A stretch of DNA of 64,000 nucleotides from an uncultured Gemmatimonadales bacterium (GTDB taxonomy: Bacteria > Gemmatimonadota > Gemmatimonadetes > Palauibacterales > Palauibacteraceae): contig CAWANJ010000003.1 in NCBI GenBank assembly GCA_963783385.1, forward strand, positions 288,001 to 352,000, written 5' to 3'. Below the pieces are notes generated by a model, which was given only the letters and a program-made list of their open reading frames with translations, searched no databases and was not told the DNA's origin. The position numbers were made by a program, and so were the translations under genes. Shown piece by piece: positions 11,681 to 21,684 of the stretch (positions within the stretch are counted from its first letter, which is position 1; every line of letters starts with the position of its first letter).

Positions 11681-12928
11681 TCACTTGAGCTTCACGCGGT
11701 CCACGTCCCCGTAGCGGGACATGTCCGAGAGGATGACCTCGTCGCCGGCCTGGAGGCCGGCGAGGACCTCGACCTGGTCGACCGAGGCGCGGCCGAGCTT
11801 GACCGGCACCCGCACCGCGGCGTGCCCGCCGTCGACCAGCTTGAACAGGCCCACGGTGCTCCGGGCCTCCCCGTAGGTGGGACGATCCACGTGCAGCACG
11901 TCGGTCAGGTGGTCGATGATCACGGTGCCGTCGACGCTGAGGTCGGGGCGCGCGGCGCGTGGCAGGTCGCCGCCCAGGTGGACGTCGATCTGCACCGCGC
12001 CCTGCTGCACGTTGGGGTCGATCCGGCTCACGGTGCCCGGCACCGTGTCGGTCCTGAGGTCGACGAGCACCCGCTGGCCGAGCTGGACGTCCCGGATCTG
12101 GCTCTGCGGGATGTCGATCTGGGCCTTGAGGGAGCCCGGCTGCGCGACCCGGGCCAGGGCCGTGCCGGACTGGACCCACTGGCCGGGCTGGAGCGTGAGG
12201 TCCTGGAGGATGCCCGAGCCGCCCGCCGTCACCTTCATGGAGGCCACGCGCCGCTCCTGGTACTCGTAGATGGACTTGAGCCGGGCCACCAGTTCCCTCT
12301 GCACCGAGAGCTGATTCTCCATGGTCCGTGCGAGGAGGTCGAGCTGCTCCTTCGCCGCGTCGAGCGCGGCCCTGGCGGCGTCCGCCTGCTCGGCCACGCG
12401 CTCCGCGTCGTTGCGGGCGATGAGCTGCCGGGCCGCCAGCGCGGAGTCCACCTGGGCCTCGCGCTGCGCGTTGAGCCACGTGGCCCGGGCGCTGGCCACG
12501 GCGGAAGCCTGAGCCGCCTTCTGCGATCCCAGCGTCCGCTGGAGCTCGACCAGGCCGCCCTGGGCGCTGGTCCACTGCTGCTGGGCCTGGAGGGCGGCCA
12601 GGTCCACGTCGGGGTTGCTGAGTTCCAGTACGACCGTGGAGGAGTCGACGGTTTCGCCGGCCTGCACGTGGACCCGGTCGACGCGGCCGGCGGTGAGGGC
12701 CGAGATGTAGTGGATGTGCTCGGGGACGAGGGTGCCGGGACCGCGCACCGAGATCGTCATGTCCCCTTGCTGGACCGTACCGGTGAGGATGGAGTCGCGG
12801 TCCACGGAGGGCGCGGCCGGGCCGAGGCGGGAGAGGACGATGCTGATCACGATCACGACCGCGACAGCCGCGGCGCCGATCAGGATGTACCGTCTCCGCT
12901 TGTTCGTGGGCTCGCGGGCCACGTCCAT
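11681..12928 (-). CDS. HlyD/MacA-family periplasmic adaptor subunit (start may be 13108)
   Basis: MDVAREPTNKRRR, TM helix, VRGPGTLVPE, lipoyl-like halves around a coiled-coil hairpin, C-terminal GLQAGDEVILSD; directly upstream of the ABC ATPase. Confidence 0.88.
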   Translation of the reverse strand: MDVAREPTNKRRRYILIGAAAVAVVIVISIVLSRLGPAAPSVDRDSILTGTVQQGDMTISVRGPGTLVPEHIHYISALTAGRVDRVHVQAGETVDSSTVVLELSNPDVDLAALQAQQQWTSAQGGLVELQRTLGSQKAAQASAVASARATWLNAQREAQVDSALAARQLIARNDAERVAEQADAARAALDAAKEQLDLLARTMENQLSVQRELVARLKSIYEYQERRVASMKVTAGGSGILQDLTLQPGQWVQSGTALARVAQPGSLKAQIDIPQSQIRDVQLGQRVLVDLRTDTVPGTVSRIDPNVQQGAVQIDVHLGGDLPRAARPDLSVDGTVIIDHLTDVLHVDRPTYGEARSTVGLFKLVDGGHAAVRVPVKLGRASVDQVEVLAGLQAGDEVILSDMSRYGDVDRVKLK

Positions 12929-13239
12929 GCGCGAGCCCGCCACCGCGGAGGGGCGGTCGCGCGGGTCGCGCCGTCCGGACCGTCCCGAATCCGCGTCGTC
13001 CGCCAGGCGCGGCCCCAGGGGACGCGGTCCGGCGTCCGCTTCCGGGTCCTTCTTCCCACCGGGAAGGGCGCGGGCGGCGCCCTCGAGGAGGTCGCGGAGT
13101 GACTTCATGAGCGCTCGCTTCGGGGCGCGGCGGCGGACGGCGGTCGAGACGTCATCGGGCGTGCTCTCCCCTGTGCGGTCGGGGTCGCGGTTTCGGAGCG
13201 CCGCCGACGGGCGGAGCCGTTCCGTCGGGGCTCTGCAGG

Positions 13240-13254
13240 GCAACGGTCGTACCA
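13240..13254 (-). promoter_or_regulatory. sigma54 (-24/-12) promoter of the hlyD-ABC-permease operon
   Basis: Minus strand reads TGGTACG-ACCG-TTGC, matching the TGGYACR-N4-TTGC consensus with correct spacing. Confidence 0.7.
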
Positions 13255-13329
13255 TGCGCTCATAGCATCGTACGATATTGTGTTACAGTGAGTTGGCGGT
13301 GTCGCACGATCCGGCGCCCGGCGGCTGGA

Positions 13330-13367
13330 GTGTCCGATTCCGGGACCCGGTGTCCGGAAACGAACAC
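13330..13367. promoter_or_regulatory. Two tandem imperfect palindromes, candidate enhancer-binding-protein sites
   Basis: GTGTCCG-ATTC-CGGGACC (13330-13347) and GTGTCCG-GAAA-CGAACAC (13350-13367), starts 20 bp apart, about 75-115 bp upstream of the sigma54 motif. Confidence 0.55.
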
Positions 13368-13582
13368 CGGCGGGTCCCCTCCGGGAGTGGGCCGCGGGCC
13401 GGATCGAGTGGCCGGCCCGGGCCGGGCGCGCCGCCGGGTGGCAGGTTCACGGCCGCGGTCGATATCTTGGTGACTCGACGCCTCGCCTGGCCGACTCTCG
13501 CAGGATCGTCCGACCGTGCCGGGGCGAGCTCCCAGGTGATGCTCCCCTCGATGTCGATGAGATTCCCCTGGAAGACGACGCC

Positions 13583-14938
13583 GTGATCGGCCGCCCCGCG
13601 GCCACCCGCCCGGTCGGGCCGAACCAAGGACCCCTCCCTCGCATCCTCGGCGCCACCTCGCTGGCGGCAGTCGCCGTGGGACTCATGATCGGGAGCGGCA
13701 TCTTCCGGGTGCCCGGCTCCGTCGCCGGGTCCGTCGGTTCGGTGGGGGCGCTGGCCCTCCTGTGGGTCTCGGGCGGGGTCCTGGCCCTGTTCGGCAGCAT
13801 GACCGTCGCCGAGCTGGCGTGCCTGTATCCCGAGGCCGGCGGAGTGTACGTCTTCCTCCGGGAGGCCTATGGCTCCCTGGCCGCCTTCCTGTACGGATGG
13901 ACGCGCCTCCTGCTCCTCGTTCCGGCCTCGATCGGAGCCATCGCGCTCATCTTCGCTGCCTACCTGCGTGGCCTGGTGGGGCTACCACCCGCGGCCGACC
14001 GGTGGCTGGCGGGCTCCCTCATTGCCGTTCTCGCCGCGGTCAACTACCGCTCGCTTCTGTGGAGCGCGCTCCTCGAGAACGCGGTCACCGCCGCCAAGGT
14101 GGTGGCGCTGGCCTGCGTGGCCGTGGCGGCCTTCGCGCTGGGGGGCGGGGGCGCGCTGAGCCGACCCGTCTCGCTGGCGCCCACGAGCTGGCCAGGCTTC
14201 GGTCTCGCCCTGGTCACGGTGATGTGGACGTACTCGGGATGGTCTAGCGTGGCGGCCCTGGGCGGCGAGGCGCGCGACCCGTCGCGGACGCTGCCCCGGG
14301 CCTTGCTCGGAGGGGTGGCGCTGGTCGTCGTGATCTACCTGGTCGTAAACGCTGCGTACCTGTATGTGCTCCCGATGGACGCCATGGCGCGCTCACCCGT
14401 GATCGCCGCCGATGCGGCCGTGCGAGTCGTGGGGAGGGCTGGAGCCGACGTGGTGGCCACCCTGGTGGTGGTCTCGACGATGGGCGCCGTGCAGGCCGCC
14501 CTGATGTTCAACCCGAGGATCTTCCTGGCCATGGCCCGTGACGGCCTCCTGCCCGGGCCGGTCGGCCGGGTGCACGAGCGCTTCCAGACCCCGCACGTGG
14601 CCACGCTCGTAGCGGCGCTGCTCGGAATCGTGTACGTGTCCGTGCGCTCGTTCGAGCAGCTCGCCCAGGCCTTCATCCTCGGGGTGTGGCCGTTCCACAT
14701 CTTGATGGTGTGGGCCGTGTTCCGGCTCCGACGGAGGCGCCCGGACGCGGACCGTCCGTATCGGACGCCGGGCTACCCGGTCGTGCCCGCGCTCTTCCTG
14801 TTCGCATCGGTGGCCATGATCATGAACGCGCTCTTCCGGCGGCCGGGACTCACCCTGTTCGGCTTCGGGCTCATCGCGGCCGGGCTTCCGGTCTACGCGT
14901 GGATCCGAAGGGCCCGGCGGAGCGATGCGCTCCGGTAG
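13583..14938 (+). CDS. APC-family amino acid permease (LAT/SteT-like)
   Basis: MIGSGIFRVP, AEL...PEAGGVYVFLREAYG, WTYSGW, PRIFLAMARDG, RPYRTPGYP; about 12 TM helices. Confidence 0.92.
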   Translation: MIGRPAATRPVGPNQGPLPRILGATSLAAVAVGLMIGSGIFRVPGSVAGSVGSVGALALLWVSGGVLALFGSMTVAELACLYPEAGGVYVFLREAYGSLAAFLYGWTRLLLLVPASIGAIALIFAAYLRGLVGLPPAADRWLAGSLIAVLAAVNYRSLLWSALLENAVTAAKVVALACVAVAAFALGGGGALSRPVSLAPTSWPGFGLALVTVMWTYSGWSSVAALGGEARDPSRTLPRALLGGVALVVVIYLVVNAAYLYVLPMDAMARSPVIAADAAVRVVGRAGADVVATLVVVSTMGAVQAALMFNPRIFLAMARDGLLPGPVGRVHERFQTPHVATLVAALLGIVYVSVRSFEQLAQAFILGVWPFHILMVWAVFRLRRRRPDADRPYRTPGYPVVPALFLFASVAMIMNALFRRPGLTLFGFGLIAAGLPVYAWIRRARRSDALR

Positions 14939-14995
14939 CGGCCCCACCCCGGCCCGACCGGGGCGCGGTCGCCCCTGGCACGGCGGGACCCGCGG

Positions 14996-17900
14996 TTACC
15001 GGGACGTGGCCGGCTTCAGCCGCTCCCAGCGCGCCGCTAGGCCGTCCAGCTCCTTCCGGTAGGCCTCCAGCACGTCCCGCAGCCCCGAGGCGGGCGCCGC
15101 GTCGGCGCCCTGCACGCGCCCGGCCAGCTCCGTGAGGACGCCGGCCACCGACCGCAGGCTGGGCTCGCCGCCGTCCGCCAGGGCGCGCAGCGAATCGGCC
15201 CGGTCGCCGGCGAGCAATGTCCCGCCCGCCTTCAGGGCGGCCTCCACCTCCCGGTGGGTCGACACGGCCCGGTCGAGGGTCGAGTCCACGGCCAGGGCGA
15301 GCGCGAGCTGCGCGCGCAACGCCTCCGCGTCGACGTGCGCCCTGGGATCGAGCTTCACGGTCAGGGGCTGCGCGTAGTCCTTCCCGTTCGCGTGCAGCGT
15401 GGCCGTGTAGCGTCCGGGCAGGACCAGCGGCCCCTCCGGGTCCAGCGGCTCGCCCTCCCTCCACACCGCGGCGATCGAGTAGCCGTAGCCGAGCGCCTTC
15501 GGCCGCGGGTAGCGGAGGTCCCACACGAAGCGGTGCATGCCGGCGCGCGCCGAAAGGGGACGGCCGCCGTACGGGGTGCCGGCGGCCACGCGCCGACCGT
15601 CCGGCCCCAGCCAGTCCGTCTCGAAGTAGCGGGTCGCCGGGAGCGCCTCGGTCGTGTCCGCGCTCGAGAAGCGCCGCACCACGCGCCCGGCGTCGTCCCG
15701 GACGGTGAGCGTCACGGGCCCGGACGCCGCGCCGCCCAGCCAGTAGTCGAGGATGGCGCCCGATGGCGGGTTCTGGCCCAGCGGCGTGGAGGGCGGCCAC
15801 GGCGTGTCCCGGTTCTCGTCGGCGCGCACGCGCAGGGCGGCGGGGGGCTGGAACAGCCGGGCGGGCTCGGAGGCCAGCTCGTCGCCCGCCTGCCGCAGGG
15901 GCGCCAGGTCGTCCAGGATCCAGATGCCCCGCCCCTGCGTGGCGGCGATCAGGTCCCCGTCGTGCACCAGGAGGTCCCGCACCCAGGTGGTCGGGAAGTC
16001 GAGCGACAGCGACTGCCAACGGGCGCCATCGTCGAACGAGACGTACAGGCCCCGGTCGGTGCCGGCGTACAGGAGCCCCCGCTTCTCGGGGTCGGCCCGC
16101 ACCACCGTGGTGTACTCGTCCCGCGGGATCCCGGCGTCGATGCGGCTCCAGCTCCGGCCCCCGTCGGTGGTCTCGAGGAGGAGGGGCTCGAACCGGTCGA
16201 TCCGGTGCAGGTCCACCGCCGCGTAGGCCACATCGCTGTCGGAGGGCGACAGCGCGACGGCGCTCACGCGGCCCCAGGCGGGGATCTGCTTGGGGGTGAC
16301 GTTCGTCCAGTGCGCCCCGCCGTCCCGGGTGACCCGGATGAGGCCGTCGTCCGTGCCCACCCAGATGGTGCGTGCCGAGGTGGGCGAGGGAGCGATCGTG
16401 TAGATGACCCCGAAGCCGCAGGCGCGGGCCGTGGCCAGGTCCGGCTCCCGGCAGGCCTTCGCGGAGGGCCCGTCACCTCCCGTGACTTTCCCGCTCAGGT
16501 CGGGGCTCACCACCGTCCAGTGGTCCCCGTCGTCGGTGGAGCGGAAGAGCACCTGCGCGCCGAAGTACATGGCGTGGTCCACGGGCGAGAACTCGAGCGG
16601 GCTGATCCAGGTGTAGCGGTACTTCACGCTGGTCGGCCGCGCCCCGTAGCTGGACACCGGCCACGGCGAGACCTCGGCCACCTGCCGCGTGACCTCGTCG
16701 AAGCGCGACACGTGCCCGCCGAGCCCGCTCCCGAACACGAGGTCCGGATCGCCCGGCTTGGGCACCATGTAGTCGCGCTCGTCGCCGCCCACCGGGTGCC
16801 AGTCCCGGAGCTCGATGACGCCGTAGGGCCCCCGGCTGGCGATCTCCACGGTGCCGTTGTCCTGCTGTCCGCTGTAGATCCGGTAGGGGAAGCGCTGGTC
16901 GGCGGCCAGGTGGTAGAACTGGCCGGTGGGCTGGTTGTACCAGCTCGACCAGCTCGCGCCGCCGTTCACGGTGACCGCGGCGCCCTGGTCGGCCCCCGAG
17001 ATCATGTGGTCGGGCGCCGCGGGGTCGATCCACATGAAGTGGTAGTCGTCCCCGCCCGGCGAGCCCTTGAAGATCGTGAAGTGGGCGCCGCCGTCGTCCG
17101 ACCGGTGGATCGAGCGCCCCATGACGTAGACCACGTCCGGGTCGTCCGGCGCCGTCGTGATGCGGCTGAAGTAGTCGTTGGCCAGCTCGGGATCGTCGTT
17201 CAGGAGCTTCCAGCTCCGGCCGCCGTCGTCGGAGCGGTAGAAGCCGTTCCGCCCCGCCGGGGGCGATCACGGTGGCGTACACGCGCCCCCCGCCGCTTCC
17301 GCGCGGGACCGCCAGCCCAATGCGGCCCAGCGGCCCCTTCGGGAGCCCGGTCCCGCCAGCCTCGTCCAGGTCTCGCCCCCGTCCTCGCTCTTGTAGATGC
17401 CCGATCCGGGACCCGCCTGGGGGATGAAGTAGTCCAGGTAGGGGTGGAGCCGCATCTGCCACGCGGCGGCGTACACGACCGCGGGGTGCTCCGGATCGCG
17501 GGCCAGGTCCACCACGCCCGTGTTGTCGTCGACCTTCAGCACCTGCTTCCACGTCCGGCCGCCGTCCGTGGTCAGGTAGATCCCGCGCTCGGGGTTGGGT
17601 CCGAACGCGTGCCCCAGGGCGCCGACCAGCACCCGGTTCGGGTCCTGCGGGTCGACCAGGATGCGGCCGATGTGCCGGGTGGCGTCCAGCCCCAGGTGCT
17701 TCCACGTCTTCCCGCCGTCGTCCGACCGGTACACGCCGTTCCCGGCCATGGCGTCGTAGCGGATGGTGGGCTGGCCCGTGCCTACGTAGATCACGTCGGG
17801 GTCCGAGGGCGCGACCGCCAGCGCTCCGATCGACGAGGCCTCCTGGTGCTGCATGAGCCCCTGCCACGTCCGGCCGGCGTCCGTGGTCTTCCACACGCCG

Positions 17901-18175
17901 CCGCCCGCCGAGCCGAAGTAGAAGGTGTTCGGCTTCCCCGGCACGCCCGCGGCCACCGTCGCCCACCCGGCCCGGAAGGGACCCACCAGCCGCCAGCGCA
18001 TGCCCCCGTAGGCGGCGGGTGGCACCGAGTCGGGACGGGCCTGGGCCGCGTGGCCGGCGGCGGCGACGGAGGCCTCCGCGAGTGAGCGCGGGTGGGAGGA
18101 CGCGATCCGGGTGCTCGGGAGCGCCGGGGCCGGGAGGGCGAGGAGCGCGGCGAGCAGGCAGGCGAGGGGCGTCAT
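14996..18175 (-). CDS. Secreted Vps10/sortilin-like BNR-repeat beta-propeller protein; frameshifts near 17250-17345
   Basis: Signal peptide MTPLACLLAALLAL, WRLVGPFRAG, repeated S.D.G.TW Asp-boxes, SWYNQPTGQFY, HRFVWDLRY; pieces in ORFs 17267..18925 and 14996..17134. Confidence 0.85.
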
Positions 18176-21100
18176 CGTGGGGACTCCGTGATCGTTCGCG
18201 TGGTATCGGACGGCGGGGCGGCGAGGGGCTGCAGCCCGGCCTTCTTCAGGCGTGCGTCGAGGGCCGGGACCTCCGTCCGCAACACGGCTTCCCAGCGCTC
18301 CCGGGCGCTTCGCAGGGCGGCCTCCTGGCGCGAGAACGCCTCGCGGGTCTGGGCCGGCGGCTCGCGGTCGGCGCTCTGCACCACAGTCTCCAGCGATGCG
18401 AGGCCGTCGGGCAAAGTCGCCGCGGCCGCCATCACCTGCCGGCGCAGGCGACGGGCGGCGTCGGCCAGTCCGGCGGGCAGATCCCCGCGGGCCGCGAGTG
18501 GCGCCGAGACGGCCGGCCAGACGCCCGGCGTCGCGGGCGATCCCGGTCCGCTCGGTGAGGGCGTCCCGGACCGCGAGCGCCAGGGAGAGCTGATCGCGGA
18601 GCGCGGCCTCGGAGACGTGGACGCGCGGATCGAGGGCGACCTCGAGCGGGACCTCGACGGTGCGGCTGTCGGCGGTGAGCCGGACCCGATATGTGCCCGG
18701 GACGGCCACCGGGCCCTGCGGCTCCATCACCGTTCCCTTGCCGGCGATGGCCGCAATGCTGTAGTCGCGCGTCGCGAGAGGCGGCGGCGCCCAGCGCAGG
18801 TCCCACACGAACCGGTGGTGACCGGCGCCGGCCCCGGGGATCTCCGAGCGCGGCAGCCAGTTCGAGGTGAAGTAGGTGGGCGCGGGGGGCGTGAAGGGCG
18901 CCTCGTCGCTCGAGTAGGCTCGCACCGTGTCGCCCGCCGCGTCCAGGATCTGGATGCGGACCGGCCCGGAGGCCCCGGCCGGGAGCCAGTAGTCGATGAT
19001 GGCGCCGGCCGGCGGATTCTCCCCCTGGGGAAACTCGGCCGGGGAGCGGCGTGTCGTTGTTCTCGCTGCGGCGCAGCCGCCACGCGCGGGCGCGGGCGGT
19101 ACAGGTGGGGCGCGGCTCCCACCGTCTCCGGGCCCAGCTGCCGCAGCGAGGGTGAGGTCGTCCAGGATCCAGAATGGAGCGTCCGTGCGTGGCGGCCACC
19201 AGGTCGCCGTGCGCTACGGCCAGGTCGCGCACCGCCACGGTCGGCAGGTCGAGCTGGAGCGACTGCCACCGCGCCCCGTCGTCGAAGGACACGTACACGC
19301 CCCGCTCGGTGGCGGCGTACAGGAGGCCCCGCCGTACCGGGTCGGCCCGCACGGCCCGCACGAAGGCCCCCTCGGGGATCCCGGAGTCGATCCGGGTCCA
19401 GTGCGCGCCCCCATGTCGCGGGTGCGGTAGATGTAGGGCGACAGGTCGTCCAGCCGGTGGCGGTCGATCGCCGCGTAGGCGGTGGCCGAGTCGAAGGGCG
19501 ACGCCTCGAGGACGCTCACCTTGCTCCAGGGGGTGAGGGCGGGCGGCGTGACGTCCCGCCAGCGGGCGCCGCCGTCGGTGGTGAGCTGGATGCGGCCGTC
19601 GTCCGTCCCGGCCCACACCAGGCCCTCGCGCACCGGCGAGGGGGCGATCGCGTACACGACCCCGTGCCCGCGCGCCGAGGCGTTGGCCACGGACAGGGGT
19701 CCCCGTCCCGTGTCGGCCGGGGCGCCGCCAGCCGCCGCCGCGCCGGTGAGGTCCGGACTCGCCGCCTCCCAGTGGAGCCCGCCATCCCGGCGTCCGGAGC
19801 ACCATCTGGGCGCCCAGGTAGAGGGTGTGGGGATCGAGCGGGTCGAACACGATCGGCGACGTCCAGGTGAAGCGGAAGCGGCGCTCCGAGAAGGGCGTGT
19901 AGAAGCTCGCCGCCGGGGCGGGAGAGACGTCCTGGCTCTGGCCCGTGGACCGGTCGAAGCGGTGCACGGTCCCGTAGGTGTCCCCGGCGTAGGCGACCCC
20001 CGGGTGCAGCGGATCGGGCGCGATGTAGCCGGCCTCGCCCCCACCGGCCGAGATCCAGTTCCGGAAGGTGATGCGGCCGTAGTCGTCCCGGCTGTCGATC
20101 ACCACGTTCCCGGCGTCCTGCTGGGCGCCGTAGATCCGATAGGGGAAGTGGTCATCCACGCTCACGTGGTAGAACTGCGCCGTGGGCTGGTTGTACCAGC
20201 TGCTCCAGGTCCGGCCGCCGTCCAGGCTCAGGGTGGCTCCCTGGTCCACGCCCGCGATCATGCGGCGCGGGTCGCGTGGGGTCGATCCACAGGTAGTGGT
20301 AGTCGTCCCCGCCCGGCGATCCCTTGATGGACGTGAAGGTCTTCCCGGCGTCCGTGGATCGGTACAGCCCCACCTTGGGGAGGTAGACGACCTCCGGGTC
20401 CTTCGGGTCCAGGAACACCCGCCCGAAGTACCATCCGCGCGCGGTGACGCGGGGGTCGTCGCTGGTGCGCTTCCAGGTGGCGCCTCCGTCGTCCGAGCGG
20501 TACAGCCCACCCTGCTGCGGAGCGTCCACGATCGCGTACACCCGCTTCCCGCCCGGTGCCACGGCCACGCCGATGCGCCCGACGCCCCCCCCGGACGGGA
20601 AGCCCCCGCCCGTGACCGCGGACCAGCTCTTCCCGCCATCGGTGGACCGGAACAGGCCACTGCCCGCTCCCTGCACGGGCGGATACTGGCTCCAGGTCGG
20701 GCGGTGCATGGACCACAGGGCCGCGTACACGAGGTCGGGGTTCGAGGGATCGGCGGCCAGGTCGATCGCCCCCGCCTCCGGACCTCGGTACAGGACCTTC
20801 GTCCACGTCTTCCCGCCGTTCGTGGTGCGGTACACGCCGCGCTCGGGGTTGGGGCCGTACGCGTGGCCCATGGCCGCGACGAGCGCCACGGACGGGTCCC
20901 GCGGGTCGACGAGGATCTTCCCGATGTGCCGCGTGGCCTCGAGCCCGACGTGCGACCAGCGCGCCCCGCCGTCGGTGGAGCGGTACACGCCGTCGCCGTA
21001 TGTCATGTCGGAGCGCATGTCGGCCTCTCCCGTGCCCACCCACAGCACGTCCGTGTCCGAGGGCGCGATCGCGATCGCGCCGATCGAGGGGGAGACCTGG

Positions 21101-21465
21101 CCGTCCGAGATGGACTCCCAGGTGAGGCCGGCGTTGGTGGTCTTCCATACGCCGCCGTCCACGGCCCCGAACAAGAAGGTGCGCGGGTTGCCGGGGATCC
21201 CGGCGGCCGCCAGGACGCGGCCCGCCCGGAAGGGACCGATCAGTCGCCAGCGCATGCCCACGTAGGCCGCGGCCGGGACCGTGTCGGTGGACGTCGATCG
21301 GTCCGCACCGACGATCCGGGCCGGGTCGACGCCGGCCGGTCGGAGGTCGTCGACGCTCGCGGCTCGCGTCTGGGAGAAGGGGACGGCCCCGACCACGAGG
21401 CCGAGGGCGAGGGCCGGGGAGGCCGTTCGGATCCGGCCCGCCACTCTCGAGATTCGCGCCAGCAT
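18172..21465 (-). CDS. Second Vps10/BNR-repeat beta-propeller protein; multiple frameshifts in 18400-20290
   Basis: MLARISRV.. signal, WRLIGPFRAGR, Asp-boxes, SWYNQPTAQFY, HRFVWDLRW spread over several frames; stop overlaps next start (ATGA). Confidence 0.8.
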
Positions 21466-21684
21466 CGCACCACTCCGCTGCTTCGGGAAGGCCCCCGTCC
21501 ACACCGGAGGCAGGCCAAGATGCGCGGAGCCGCCGGGCGCCCACAAGCGGAGCGCCGCGCCGCGGAGCGGGGGCCTGTACGGGCCGGGAGCCCGGGCTCA
21601 GATTGCCTCGAGGATCGGCGAGTTGGCCGGGCGGCGGCAGCCTGGCGACGGCGAACCGCGAGGCGATCACGAGGAGGAGACGCG

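Noticed and set aside
20182-21684. Long N-terminal extension of the iminopeptidase ORF
   Set aside because: Antisense shadow of the Vps10 gene; the real start with RBS and lipoprotein signal is 21685
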